A stretch of DNA of 64,000 nt from Neocallimastix sp. 'constans' (Eukaryota): positions 1 to 64,000 of the forward strand of contig JBODTK010000014.1 in assembly GCA_050613775.1 (NCBI GenBank), given 5' to 3'. Below are positions 1 through 13,977 of the stretch, one piece after another. The position numbers and the translations under genes were made by a program. Below the pieces are notes generated by a model, which saw nothing but the letters and a program-made list of their open reading frames with translations, was not told the origin of the DNA and made no database searches. Positions within the stretch are counted from its first letter, which is position 1, and each line of letters opens with the position of its first letter.

Positions 1-779
1 CTTACATGGGTATACATATTCACAAGGGGTATGACAAGAATATTTATGTTCCTTACCACATTCATATTCTTTTGTTTCTTTACCACAATAACAAGTTTGA
101 GTGGTTTTTTCTTCACAGTCATCACAAGGACCAGGATGACACAATTTTTTACAGGTATGTTTACCACAATTTAATAATTTACCACATACTTCTCCACAAC
201 ATTTTTGTTCCATAATAACTTGTTTATTCTTTTGTAAATCACTACAACGATAAGTATAACTTTTTTTACCACAATAACATTTTTCTTCTGGAGCAAATAA
301 AGTACATGGTGGACATGGTCCAGGATGACATTGTTCACGACATGGATGAGAACAATCCCTAGGTTTACCACAAATATTTGTACAAGAATGAGGAGTAATA
401 TATGGATTAAATCTTGGATTTTCTATCTTACCACAGAAACAAGTATATTTATTAGGAACTTCACTGATAGCAGATTGACAACCCGGACAACGCCAACCAC
501 CATCTTTACCTGCAGTTGAAACATCTGTTCTTGCCCATTTTTTAATACAATTTAAATGGAAAACATTATAACAAATAGAACAAGACCATATATGATCTTT
601 TGGTTTTACAACATTATAACAAACCATACATTCATACGTTGAATTAGTAAGTTCAACAATTAAATTAAACTGTAAATCTTGATCTGAAGCATTAGTAACT
701 TTTTTTGTCATTATTTCAACCTTTTCAATATTTGTAAGACGTTGATTATGAGTTCTATTATTTTCTTTACGATGATGTC

Positions 780-813
<34 letters not shown>

Positions 814-1468
814 GTTGTTATCTTCTGAATTTTTTTGTTTTAAGGAATCCTTACTACTACTATCAGAATCTTCAATAGTTAATTTTCCAAAGTCTTTTGG
901 TTTACGCATTAAAATATTACGTTTAAAGTTTTTACTTGATTTTTCATCGAGATTTGAATCATTATCTGAAGTATCAACATTATCATGATATTTCTTATTA
1001 TTCTTATTTTTAAAATGGTTTTTATTTGATTTCTGACCATTACCATTATTCTCATTGGAGAAAGACTCCCCATTTTCATTATTACCATTTTTATTCTGAT
1101 TTCTATAATTACGATTTTTTAAATTTTTTCTTTCCATTATTATTACTATTATTTACCCTATCATTAGTATCTTCATTACTTTTAGTATTATCTTGAGCTT
1201 TTTTATTATTTGAATCATTATTTCTATAATTTCTATATCTTCCATTCTTGTTTGTTTTTTTATTATCATTATTATTCACATCAACATCGTTACTTGTAGA
1301 TGCTTCAGATTTTTTGCTAGAATTATTCTTCCTGAAATTTCTTTTATTATTATTTCTATTTTTATTATTACTATTATTAGCATTAGAAGTGGAAGAATTT
1401 GCATCTAATGATGAATTAATATTTTCATGAGAATTGTTTTTACTTGATTCTAAACTTTTTGAATCCAT
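1..1468 (-). CDS. NFX1/FAP1-type RING + NF-X1 zinc-finger protein, 5' part (runs off window); one apparent +1 frameshift in homopolymer 1115-1120
   Basis: ATG at 1468. Removing one A from the A6 run (+ strand T 1115-1120) gives an open frame to position 1. It encodes YECMVCY...IWSCSICYNVFHLNCIKKW...WRCPGCQ (RING/PHD-like), then YTCFCGK, PHSCTNICGK, CHPGPCPPC and CGKLLNCGKHTCKKLCHPGPC (NF-X1 fingers). Confidence 0.88.
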
Positions 1469-1496
1469 TGATTATTATATTTTTTTATTAACTATT

Positions 1497-1534
<38 letters not shown>

Positions 1535-1666
1535 TTAATAATTATTATTTTATTATTATTATTATTATTATTTTTTCCTTCTTCCTTCTTATTCTACTTT
1601 TTATTTTTTTTTTTTAATTTTTTTTTTATTTTTTTGGCTCTAATAAAATACTATATTTGTAAATTT

Positions 1667-1698
<32 letters not shown>

Positions 1699-2542
1699 CA
1701 TTCATAAATTATAAATATTTCATATAAAAAAGAAATTTATATATAAAAAATAAGAAATATATATATCATGCAGTAAATCTGTTAGTTTTAAATAGATTTC
1801 TATAATAATTTAAAATTTTATAGTAATAGATTATTTTTATTTAAAGTAATAATTATAAATATATTATTTTCATTTTTAACAATTATTATATATAAAAAAT
1901 ATTAATTTCTACTATCACTATTATATTTATTATTATAATTATTGATATTACTGCAGCTAGTATTATTATTATTATTATTATTATAAGATTTTACTTACAA
2001 ATATGAGAAATTTTAAATTGAAATATATTAATAGATTAAAAAAGAACAAAAAAAAAAAGTGGTATATATAAATAATTTCTTTTTTTTTTTTTTATAATGA
2101 AAAAAGTACTATTTTTTTTTTTATTTCCTTTGATAAAATAATATTATTATTTGTATATTTATTAATAGTAAATAATAATAGTGATAAAATAAAATAATAT
2201 TTTAAAAAATTAATAAATAAAATAAAAAAATAAAAAGAAAAGATAAAATATCATTTTTAAAGACTTTATTTAAACCTTATTATAATTAACTTTTTTTTAG
2301 ATATTTAATATTTTTTTTTTAAATTAACTTTTATATATATATATTTGATATTGATGGAAAAAAAAATAATTTTATTATTTTATATTATTATTGTTTATTA
2401 CCATTGCTAAAATGCACTATTATTACATACTTTTATTACATTATTAGTATTACATTATTATTACATTACTATTACTCTTACATACTATTATTACATATTG
2501 TAATATAACATCGTTTCCGCAATGTCCGCAAATTTAATATTA

Positions 2543-2601
2543 TTTTTTATATTTACTTAAAAACTTTATTAAAAATAAAGTTTTTAAGTAAATATAAAAA
2601 A
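2543..2601. repeat. Perfect inverted repeat, 28-bp arms, 3-nt loop
   Basis: ttttttatatttacttaaaaactttatt-aaa-aataaagtttttaagtaaatataaaaaa. Confidence 0.85.
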
Positions 2602-4269
2602 AGATATAATTGATCAATTTTATAAAAATTAAAAAAAGAATATTCTATATTATACAGATTATTTAAATGGTAACACAAAATGAAAATGAAAAAAAAAAAA
2701 AAAAAAAAAAAAAGTCAAAGTTAAAAATAATATTCTTTTTAAATATATATATATAGTGTGTCATTGCAATAAGACAGGCCAACAGGGCTAATACCTCTGA
2801 AGGAGAAGGCCATAATTTCTTTCATATTCTCAATTCAAACCCTAATCCTGAATAAGAATTCCTTTTAACAAAAATTTTAATAATCTGGAGGTGAAGTGCG
2901 TTGCCTATAGACTTTTTTTCTGCATTTATTTATTACATTTTATTTTGAATATTACTTTTATTTCACATTACTATTAAAAATATTGTCATGTTCAATTTGG
3001 ACAAATAATATTTATTTTTTTTTCATTAATTTTGTGCTTTTTTTTTAAAGAAAAAATTCATGTAACGAATAAATAAATAAATAAGTAAAGTTAAAGTTCA
3101 CAATATATATATATATAAATATATATATATATATTATTAAAAGAAAACTAAATATATTGATAATTGATAATAATTAGAGAAAAATGTTAAAATTAAAATA
3201 TTAATAAAGTTATTAATCATATACAAAGTATTATTTATCAAATATTATATATATTATAAGAATAAGTCAATTCATTAAATGATTAAAACATCAAAAATAA
3301 AAAAGACTAATAAATATATTGAAATATTTTAAAACAAATAATTATTCTTAGATTATCCTAGTAAAAACTCCCTACTTATCAATGATGATGATATAATATA
3401 AATATTGTATATTAATTTTATAAATAATTTTAATTATCATAAACTTTTTTTTTTAATCAAATAAATTATTAATAGTCAATATAAAAACGAAGATTTTTTT
3501 TTTTTTTTTTTTTTTTCCTTTTTATTTTATTTTGTTTATTTTTTTTTTTTTTTTTATAATTAAATTTTGATATTACTTGTTCTTTACATCTTATTTGTAA
3601 TTCAATTTATATTATATAATTACAATAATATATATATATATTATATATATAAATATAAATATCATTAATTATTTGTTATTATATTACATTATTTAATTAA
3701 CATTTTGTTTTTATTAATTTTATTTTATTTTATTTTATTTTTTATTTTATATTTTATTTTTTATTTTTATTTTAATTTATTTTATTATTATTATTTTTTT
3801 TTTTTTTCAATATTGAAAAAATTAAATGTTATATATAATATATATAATATATATGTACATTTTTACTAATTTTATAATTATTAATTATTTTCTTTTCTTT
3901 TTTTCTAAAATTAGCTTTATAATATATATATATAAATGATAACTTCATAAAAAATTAAATTTACATATTACTAATTAAGAGTAGATTCTTAATTAATAAT
4001 ATATATTTTATTATTTTTTCATGTGTTTTTATTTTTACTTTTACGTTTGTTTTTGTTATTTTTATTATCATTATTAATAAAAATTTATATTAATAAACAA
4101 TACTTTTAAAATTTATTTTTAAAGATTATTTTAATTTATATATTTTAATTAATAGATAATTTATTTTAATAAAATATTATATAATTAAAATATTCTAATT
4201 AAATTAAAAAAAATCTTTTTCTATTTTAGATTGATGTATTACTAAAATTATTTAATAATTTATTATATA

Positions 4270-4310
<41 letters not shown>

Positions 4311-4325
4311 ATTTTACTTATTTTG

Positions 4326-4384
<59 letters not shown>

Positions 4385-4399
4385 TATTATATTATTGTT

Positions 4400-4431
<32 letters not shown>

Positions 4432-4661
4432 TGTTTCATTGTTTATATATATATATATATTATTTGATATATTTATATATATAAAATAATGATATATATA
4501 TTAATGTTTAATATGGATATATTTATATATAATGTAATGTAAATTATGTATTTGAATGAATAATATATAATATATTTAATAAATCTTTGTTGCTTATTTT
4601 ATAAATTTATGATAATATAATTAATATTTTTTTTTTTTTTTTTTGTTTTTTCCTTTTTTTT

Positions 4662-4696
<35 letters not shown>

Positions 4697-4767
4697 TTTT
4701 GGTTTGTTTTTTTGTTCTTTAATTTTGGATTTAGGTTATTATTATCATCATTATTATTATTATTATT

Positions 4768-7700
4768 TCAATTAGTCATATTTTTAATTTTTTTCTTTTT
4801 GGCATTAGGATTATTTTTAACTGCTGGTTGACAATTACAAACTAATTCTATATATGGTAAAAGATTTGGATTTGAACGAGTAGCTCCACACATCATCTCA
4901 AATGTTTGACCCAAACATTCACACATTGCCATAATTTTTTCTTTACATGGTTCATCCTCTGGACATGGTTTACCATAATGACAAATTTCTTTACATTGAT
5001 GAAGACAGCAAGTTCTATCAGCTCCACAAATTGAAGTGCAAGGTTCATCTTCACAAGAACCTTTATGATTACAGATACGCTCACAACTATGTCCACAAAT
5101 TCTTTTCTTACCACACTTTGCAGTACAAGGATAATCGATGCAACGACCAGCGTGACATGGATGATTACAGACATGACCACAATCACTTCTAATTCTTTTA
5201 CAAGGACGACCACATGAAACAAAAGGAAGGGTTAAACTTGGGACATAATTCTTAAAGGTAAACATACGACCTTTGGAGTTAACATAAGTATTTTTCTTAC
5301 CACATATAAGAAAACGAGCTTCTTGACCACACATACATGATTCTGTGGTTAATTCAGCACAATCTTCACAAGGTCCAGGATGGCATGGCATATTACAATA
5401 ATGTAACCCACAATTTAAAAGACGACCACATTTTTGACCACATGATTTTATTTCTTTAACTTTATCGCCACAATAGTACTGAAAAGTATTACGACCACAA
5501 TGACATTTTTTATAGCCAGCAATTTCCATACAAGGATCACATGGACCTGGATGGCATTTATCTTTACATCGATGTCTACAATCAGGTCTTCTACGTCCAC
5601 ATATATTACCACAACTATGAGGAATTACATATTCATTAAATTTAGGATTAATCATTCTACAGCAATAACAATGGTATTCTTTTGGTTCTTTGGTAAAAGT
5701 ATTACGGCAGAATGGACATTTCCATTGCATATTCCTATTTTTACTTTTAACATACCATTGAATAACACATTTTAAATGAAGAACTTCATAACAACAAGGA
5801 CAATTCCAAATTGAATCTTTAGGATGAATATCCTCGAAACAAATAATACATTGATGATTACCTTCAGAAAGTTCTACTGTCAATCTATATCTAAGGTCCA
5901 TTTCTTCTTTTTCTTTACTATTTTTATATTTTTCTTTCATTATTTGTACTTTTTCTAAATTTGTATATATTTTTTGATAACCTTTAGGAGGATGTTTTGC
6001 AGGAGTCATATGTGAATTAGAATTTCTATTGGATTTAAAAATATATTTATTATTATTTGTAGCATTATGACTGTAAATAACATTATTAACATAATCATGA
6101 CTACCACCATTACTTATCATACTTAAACGATTTGGACCACTCAACGGAGAATGGATCATATTTTGTGAACCTTGTTTATTTTGCTTTGAATATTCATGAT
6201 ATACATTAGAAGTCTTATTTATTGAATCATCTATTACTGAATTTTTCATATCATCACTACCTTTAACAATTAAATAACTATTATCCTTTGAAAAAGAATT
6301 ATCTAAATTACTAATAAAACTAACTTCATTATTTATATTGCCTAAATTACTTTCAGGTTCATTACTAATTCCCTCTTCTTTAACATGATCATATGAATAA
6401 TTAACCGAAGTTGGTCTATTTTTATTAATCACTTCTTGAGGAATGACAATACCATTTAAAATTTTATTTGGATAGGAAATAGAAATTGGAAATGAATCTG
6501 GATTTGGAATTGGAATAGAGTTAGATATTAGACCATCTTTATAATTACCATTATTAGCATTATTACTACTTAAAATGCCAAAAGTTGTATTCATTAATTG
6601 ATTTACTTTTTCTTGATTTTGTTCAGGTTGTGAAGACATCATTCTAGTTTCGTCATATAGGCCACTTGGGGTTAAGTTACTTGAAGTGGCTTCTAAAGAT
6701 TGATTATTATCACTACTAATATTTTTATTGTTTTGTTCATCATTCTTATAAATTTTATTTTTATTTTTATCAATATCAATTGTATCATTATCATTATTTG
6801 TTTCTATGTTTTGTTGCCTCTTTAAATCATCCTTTTTTTCTTCTCTTTCCTTATTTTCAATTTCTTCATTATTATCTTCCTTCATATTTTTATCTTTATC
6901 CATTAAAATATCAGGTGTTAATATATTATTATCATTTTGAGTATTCAATTTTTCATCATTTTCATCATGATTACTAATATCACTATTTCTATTAAGGAAT
7001 GATACTAATGTACTTATACTTTTAGGAGCATCTTCATTAGAGTTGAAATCCTCAGTATCAATAGATAGGAAGGAAGAAAATTCAATATTATTGTCAATTT
7101 CTGGTTCTTTACCCTTATTTTTTTTATTTGTAATTTCAAATTTACTTTCATTACTTATTAAAGATGATTGACCATAATTGTCATCATTATTATTATTGTT
7201 AGTATTATTGTTATTGTTATTGTTATTGTTATGGTTATTGTTATTATTATCATTATTATTGTAGTTATCATCGTTATTAATATTGGTATTTATATTGGTA
7301 TTATTATTAATATTACTTTTGATATTATCATAAATTTTACTTTTATCAGTAATAGTATCATCGTTTTTTTCATTAATTAATAAAATATTTTCTTTTTTAA
7401 TTTCATTGGTATTAAAAGATTTATTATTTGCTTGAACATCTGTAATTTCTCTAATTACTTCTTTATCATTAATAACTTCATTTTTTTTATTATTTAAATT
7501 TATTTCCTTTGATGTATTTGAAGATTCGTCATTGTTATTGCTATTGTTATTGTTATTGTTAGTACTATTACTATCATTGATAACTTCATTAACTCTTGAA
7601 GTATTAGAACTAAAAGCAAAAGTTTGATTATAATTAGCTAAAGAAGTTGGAAATTTATATCCAACTTCATTTAGACATTTAAGAACAGTTTTATCAGATG

Positions 7701-8946
7701 GAACAATAACATCTGAACTTGGAGATAATGGATTTATTGCTGATGGGGAACCAAAACTTTTCAATGATAAATCATCAATACTTTCAAAATTAATAACACT
7801 ACTAAAGCTTTGATTTGCAACATTTTTAGTATTTATTTTTTCAATATTTTTATTTATTGCTATTTTTTCAGTGTCATTTTCCATATTAACATCACTATAA
7901 TGGGAACTTTCATCTTCTTCTAATTCTTCTATAGTTGAAATTGACTTTTTTCTTATTATTTTATTTTTAATATTTTCAGGTTGATTATTTATTTCTGTAT
8001 TAGTGTTATTGGAAACATTATTATCTTTATCTTCATTATTTTCAGATTTTTCTTGTAAATTCGATAAACTACTAATTTGGAAACTACTTGGAAAATCACG
8101 ACTCAATCTTTTATAAAATTCATTGAATTTTTCATCATTTAAACCACTATCAATATTATTGTTAATATTTTTTGTAGTAATTGCAGAAGTAGATGAAGTT
8201 GTTGCATTGGAAGTAATTATATTAGAAATAGTTTTGATATTATTATTGTTACTGTTATCATTGTTTCCGCTATTAATAGAACTATTACTTCTATTGCTTC
8301 TCTTATCTATTTTAATATTAGATGGTCCTACAAAACTATCCACATCAAAAATATTATCTTCATCTAAATCATCTATATAATTATTAATAGGGGACATTCT
8401 AGTATTTTGATTTTGAATAAATGGATTATTTGGAGAAAACAAAATATTATTATTAATATTATTTTCGTTATTATTATTGTTGCTGCCGTTATTTATGTCA
8501 TTGTTATATAAATAACCATGGTTTTCTTGACTAAGACTAAAATAATGTTTATTACCATATTGGGTCATCAAGTTATTAAAATTAGTTTGATTTTCTGTTG
8601 GTTGACTTATGGAATTTCCATAACTATCTTGATTATGAACAAAAGTAGGAACTCTCATATCACGAGCATGACGATATAAGTTAGTATCGCTAGTGCTCTT
8701 ATAAAATTTTTTATTTACAATAATATTATTAGAATTACTTTTATTTTGATTATTACTACTTTTTGATGATGGGTATTCAAAATTATAGAAGTTTGGGGAA
8801 GGATTTGGATAATCAATAGATCTACTATTTAAATTAACTTCATCATTAGTATAATATCTTCCATAATTTTTTAATTCATTTTGTCTATTTAATGCTTGAT
8901 AGTATTCAGGAACTTCCTTAAATTTTAAATTTTTATTTCCTATCAT
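4768..8946 (-). CDS. NFX1/FAP1-like protein with ~1000-aa Asn-rich low-complexity N-terminus and C-terminal RING + NF-X1 zinc fingers (1392 aa, intronless)
   Basis: CIICFEDIHPKDSIWNCPCCYEVLHLKCVIQW...WKCPFCR, PHSCGNICGR, and repeated CHPGPC/CHAGRC motifs. No obvious R3H domain at the C-terminus. Confidence 0.9.
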   Translation of the reverse strand: MIGNKNLKFKEVPEYYQALNRQNELKNYGRYYTNDEVNLNSRSIDYPNPSPNFYNFEYPSSKSSNNQNKSNSNNIIVNKKFYKSTSDTNLYRHARDMRVPTFVHNQDSYGNSISQPTENQTNFNNLMTQYGNKHYFSLSQENHGYLYNNDINNGSNNNNNENNINNNILFSPNNPFIQNQNTRMSPINNYIDDLDEDNIFDVDSFVGPSNIKIDKRSNRSNSSINSGNNDNSNNNNIKTISNIITSNATTSSTSAITTKNINNNIDSGLNDEKFNEFYKRLSRDFPSSFQISSLSNLQEKSENNEDKDNNVSNNTNTEINNQPENIKNKIIRKKSISTIEELEEDESSHYSDVNMENDTEKIAINKNIEKINTKNVANQSFSSVINFESIDDLSLKSFGSPSAINPLSPSSDVIVPSDKTVLKCLNEVGYKFPTSLANYNQTFAFSSNTSRVNEVINDSNSTNNNNNNSNNNDESSNTSKEINLNNKKNEVINDKEVIREITDVQANNKSFNTNEIKKENILLINEKNDDTITDKSKIYDNIKSNINNNTNINTNINNDDNYNNNDNNNNNHNNNNNNNNNTNNNNNDDNYGQSSLISNESKFEITNKKNKGKEPEIDNNIEFSSFLSIDTEDFNSNEDAPKSISTLVSFLNRNSDISNHDENDEKLNTQNDNNILTPDILMDKDKNMKEDNNEEIENKEREEKKDDLKRQQNIETNNDNDTIDIDKNKNKIYKNDEQNNKNISSDNNQSLEATSSNLTPSGLYDETRMMSSQPEQNQEKVNQLMNTTFGILSSNNANNGNYKDGLISNSIPIPNPDSFPISISYPNKILNGIVIPQEVINKNRPTSVNYSYDHVKEEGISNEPESNLGNINNEVSFISNLDNSFSKDNSYLIVKGSDDMKNSVIDDSINKTSNVYHEYSKQNKQGSQNMIHSPLSGPNRLSMISNGGSHDYVNNVIYSHNATNNNKYIFKSNRNSNSHMTPAKHPPKGYQKIYTNLEKVQIMKEKYKNSKEKEEMDLRYRLTVELSEGNHQCIICFEDIHPKDSIWNCPCCYEVLHLKCVIQWYVKSKNRNMQWKCPFCRNTFTKEPKEYHCYCCRMINPKFNEYVIPHSCGNICGRRRPDCRHRCKDKCHPGPCDPCMEIAGYKKCHCGRNTFQYYCGDKVKEIKSCGQKCGRLLNCGLHYCNMPCHPGPCEDCAELTTESCMCGQEARFLICGKKNTYVNSKGRMFTFKNYVPSLTLPFVSCGRPCKRIRSDCGHVCNHPCHAGRCIDYPCTAKCGKKRICGHSCERICNHKGSCEDEPCTSICGADRTCCLHQCKEICHYGKPCPEDEPCKEKIMAMCECLGQTFEMMCGATRSNPNLLPYIELVCNCQPAVKNNPNAKKKKIKNMTN

Positions 8947-9477
8947 TTCTTTTAAAAAAAATAATAATAATAACTGAATTATATCAACTATATATTATTA
9001 ATTTAAAATATATATATATTTTTGAATTAATTATGAATAAATCACATTAAATAATTCTTAATTTCTGTAATTAATTTTTTAATAATAGGATATAATATAA
9101 AACAGATTTTAAATTAATATATATATATATATATATAAAAGAACATAAAAATAATTATTAAAACAATAATTTTTATAATTAAACTTTTCGAGTTTTTTTT
9201 TATAAATATATTTATAGTACATACCTATATTTTAAATATAAATGGATTATTCAAATATTTATTTATTATTTCTTTCTTTTTATATTTTATTTTAACTTAT
9301 AATATTTTATTTTTGAAATCTTTTCTTTATTAACACCATTAAAAATGATTTTTACAGATTAAAATAATAATAAAAAGAAAAGAATAAATTTAAAATAAAA
9401 AACAAAGATTCTCTTTTATTTTCAATAAAAATTTTATATAATAAAAATATAAAAATAATTATTATTTATATATATAG

Positions 9478-9612
<135 letters not shown>

Positions 9613-10363
9613 TCTCAAATTATTATGATACAAAAAGTAAAAATGAAATTTTTGTTATAATAATTAATTAAAAAATGATTATATTAATTCTTAATAATTT
9701 TTAATATTAGAAGCTTAAGTTTTATAATAAATAAAGTTTGATGAATCAATTAAAAATTAATATATGTATTTCTATAAATTATTTTATATAAAATATACCT
9801 ATTATATATATTTATTATTGCATATGCAATTAGGAGAATATAGATTAAAAAAAAAAAAATTAACTAAATTGTATAAATTAAAAAGAATAAAAAAATAAAG
9901 ATAAATAATTAAATAAATTCTTATAAATAAGAACAAATAATTTTATTATATTTATAATTATTGATTATTATAAAGAATATAAAAAGCATAATCAATATAT
10001 ATTTTATATATTATACATTAATAATTAGCCTTTTAACACTATTCTAAAGATAAATTCTATCATATTAAATCCACCGATTATTTAATTTTTAAATCTTTTT
10101 TTTATTTTGATTAATAACTGTATCTTAATAAAAGAAAAATTATCACTATTCAAGCTAAAAAAAATAATTTTATATTTACGCCTTAATTTTTTTTTCCTTT
10201 ATAAAGAAAATACAATTATCAAAATATATTTTTTATTTATTTTTATATTTATTTATATTAATTTACTTCTTTATTTATTTTTTTTATTTATTTATTAACA
10301 TATCTATTTATTAACTTATTTATTTATTTACTTATTTATTTATTTACTTACTGATTTATTAAG

Positions 10364-10550
<187 letters not shown>

Positions 10551-10879
10551 TTAATACATTGTATTTTTACTATTGATTTTATTTTATCTTATTATTATAT
10601 ATTATTTTTATTAATAGTATTTAAAAAATAATAATAATTTTTACTTCAAAGCCTTCAACTGTTATATATATATATTATCTATATTTTTTTAATATTGTAA
10701 TTTTTATATAATTTTATATTAAGTATATTATATATTATACAATTCCAAATATATATTAATATAAAAGTATAATAATATGATGACAATAATTTAACAATAA
10801 TATTAATATTTTATTAATTATAGCAAATTAAATTTTAATTAATATTATTAGAAAAAAAATTTTTTTTTTGAAAATGACA

Positions 10880-10930
<51 letters not shown>

Positions 10931-11100
10931 ATAGATAAAACTTGAATAATCTATCCTCAATCAACCTTGTGACCATAAAATCTAGAATCTTTTGGTCAAA
11001 TATTCACTCTCAGAATTGACTTCCTAGCTATTCTTCTCTTACAACAACAAAGCAGAGCACAATTCTATGAACGGTAGAAATCTATACTCCCATGAAAAAT

Positions 11101-11428
11101 TATTTATAATTCAAAATATTAATTTTTGGTAGGAAAAGAACACTATAAAAAAAATAATACTATTCTTTATTATAATATGTATTAAGATAATAATCTAGCA
11201 TCCTATTATATACAAACAGGAATTTAAGTTAAATGCAATCTGAATAAATCAAATTACTCGTTATGAAAATATCTCCTTATTTATAATTCAAGTATAATTT
11301 TTTGGTAGGAAAAGAATACTATAAGAAAAAAACATTATATTCTCTATTATAATATGTAAAAAGATAATAATCTTGTATCCCAATATATACAATCATGAGT
11401 TTAAGCCTAAATAAATCAATTTACTTTA
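11101..11428 (+). repeat. Diverged tandem duplication, ~175-bp unit
   Basis: tatttataattcaa...tttttggtaggaaaagaa(c/t)actataa...tattataatatgta...agataataatct...aataaatcaa occurs starting at 11101 and at ~11278. Confidence 0.8.
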
Positions 11429-13313
11429 AACTTTGATTATTTTTTTTTTTTTAATATTACTTATTTATTATTTAATTTTACAAATGAATATTACTAATGA
11501 TTAAAATTTCATTCATTTATGTAAAATCTTTTAAAATAATATATATTTTTATTTATTTATTTATTTACTTGATTTATTTATTTATTTCTTTGTTTATTTG
11601 TATGTTTATATATAAACAATATTATATTATTTCATTTTTTATTTAGTTGCTTTTTAATCAGTGGTTAATCATTTTATACTATTAATATATATTTTCTAGA
11701 TAATTAAATGTTTTTCATTTTATTATTATACTACTTTTAATTATCCTTTTATTTTTCTACTCATAACTTATATTTATTCCTTTTTGCAAAATAATATTAA
11801 TAATTAAAATTTTATTTAAAATTATGCCAATAATTAATGTGTAACAGCATTAAATCTAAATATATAATAATATCGAGTAATCTAACTTTATTTAATAATA
11901 AATTTGAAGTTAACAACTAATTAAAAAAAATAAAGTACATCTTTATACTTTATATGGAAATATAGATTATAATAATTTAATAAAAAAAATGTTTATAGTA
12001 GTGGTAATAATAATTTGTCAAGATGTTTTGTTTCAAATATTAATTTTTAAATATATTTAAATTTTTTTTTAAACTATAAATATTATTATTTTAATTTCCA
12101 ATTACAAATAGTTAATTTAATAATAAATTAATTCTAATTCTATAAAAATTAAAAAACAGAAAAAAAAAAACAAAAAAAATTAAAAAAAAAATTAAATTTA
12201 AAATTTAAACTGTAATAATTTATTAATATTTTCCAAAAAAAATAAAATAAAATAAAATAAAAAATAAAATTTTTTCTTTTTTTTTAATAAATATAAATTT
12301 AGTAAAAAAAGATATCAAATAAATAAAATGAATCGACAATTTTGTACAATAAATACCTTTTAATATTAATTAAAGAATTTGTTAACTATATAAGGTCAAT
12401 GTCAATTTATTTTATATTTTAAACAGAATATAACAAACTTAAAATATGGAATGAAACCTAAAATAATAATGAATTAGGATGATTATTTGTAAAGATATAT
12501 AAATTATAAAACTATTAAATATTTAAATGATATGAAATTAGTTCTTTTAAAAAAATGTTACTATAATCAGCTATTCAAATTACATAATAATAATTATTAT
12601 TAAAGGTTACTAATTGGCCTGTAATATTAGAAATATAATTTTATATGATTTATTAGAATTTTAGTATAGATGGACTAATTAACCTTTAAGGATTAGTATT
12701 AATCGAAATATTTAATAAAGCCTTATATTATATAATAAATATATATAATATTCTTTAATAAATTTAGTTATTTTCTTTTATTTAATTTTATTTAGTAAAA
12801 TTAATAAAGATGGGAAACATAATAAATTTCTATTCTTTATCACTTTATTCAAATAAATTTTATTAAACTTAGCTTAAACAACTCAAATAAGGAATTAATA
12901 AAAATTTTTTTAAAAGTAATCAAATAAAAATAATTATATTTGGAATTAAAAAATAATAATTGAATAATTGAATAATTGAATAATACATCTCATTAATCAT
13001 ATATAATTGAAAAATAATTAATTGAATAATAAATAATAAATAATTAATTATATAATATAATCCCATTAATTAAGAAATAATAAATAAGATTAATAAACGA
13101 TAATAAAAATATTTATGGTAATTTATAATAAAGTAATACTTCAAGATTTTAATGATGTAAAATAAAAGAATATTAAAAATAATTAATAATAATAATAATA
13201 AAAATATAATAAGGTATAAATAATAAATTAATAAATGAATAAAAAAAAAACAATAAAATATATATATATAATAATCATAAGCATTAACTTAAATAAAATG
13301 AAGAAATAAATAA

Positions 13314-13347
<34 letters not shown>

Positions 13348-13503
13348 TTAAAAGTTGAAAAAAAAAAAAAAAAAAAATTATTTAATTTATAATTTGATTA
13401 TTATACTATCTTAAATAAAAAAAAAAAAAAATTTATTTCTTTTTTCACAATATGATATATTATTAAATAATACATACATAATATAAATTATATATTTTAT
13501 TTT

Positions 13504-13563
<60 letters not shown>

Positions 13564-13904
13564 TATAATAAATTTATATTATTAAATTCCTTTTCTTCAA
13601 AGAAATGAAATTAAATCTATCTTTAAGAAAAAAAAATTTAAAAGAAAAAAAAAAATTAAAAAAATTAACGAGAAACTTAATATTAAAGTAAAAATATATA
13701 AAGCTAGTTTATTAAAGTAATTTGTTGCCCTTTTTTTTTTTTTTTTAGTTTTCATGTTTTTATATTATCTTCACCAATTCTATTACAATCTCAATAATTA
13801 AAATATTTAAAAATTACCATAAAAATAAAGATAAAATTTATAATATATATGATAATTTGTAATTTAAGTTTATAAAATAAAAATATGAAAATATATTATA
13901 AAAA

Positions 13905-13977
13905 TGCGAAGTGTGAGGTTCGAACTCACGACCTTAAGATTATGAGACTTACGCGCTGCCGACTGCGCCAACTTCGC
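13905..13977 (-). tRNA. tRNA-Met(CAT), elongator, intronless
   Basis: Minus strand GCGAAGT TG GCGC AGTCGGCA GCGC G TAAGT CT-CAT-AA TCTTA AGGTC GTGAG TTCGAAC CTCAC ACTTCGC A, followed by TTTT. G1-C72, TTC T-loop and U31-U39 are elongator Met features. Confidence 0.97.

Noticed and set aside
2836..2848. aaaccctaat as a telomerase template or telomeric seed
   Set aside because: Single short match expected by chance; no tandem telomeric repeats or supporting structure.
4643..8380. Short ORFs overlapping the NFX1-like gene (and similar ones over CHD1, gag-pol and the EF-hand gene)
   Set aside because: Antisense or alternate-frame shadows of real CDSs or of low-complexity DNA.
10107..10298. Short hydrophobic F/I/L/Y ORFs (also 37219-37401, 37809-38135, 45687-45917)
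   Set aside because: Products of AT-rich intergenic or intronic sequence with non-ATG starts and no coding signal.
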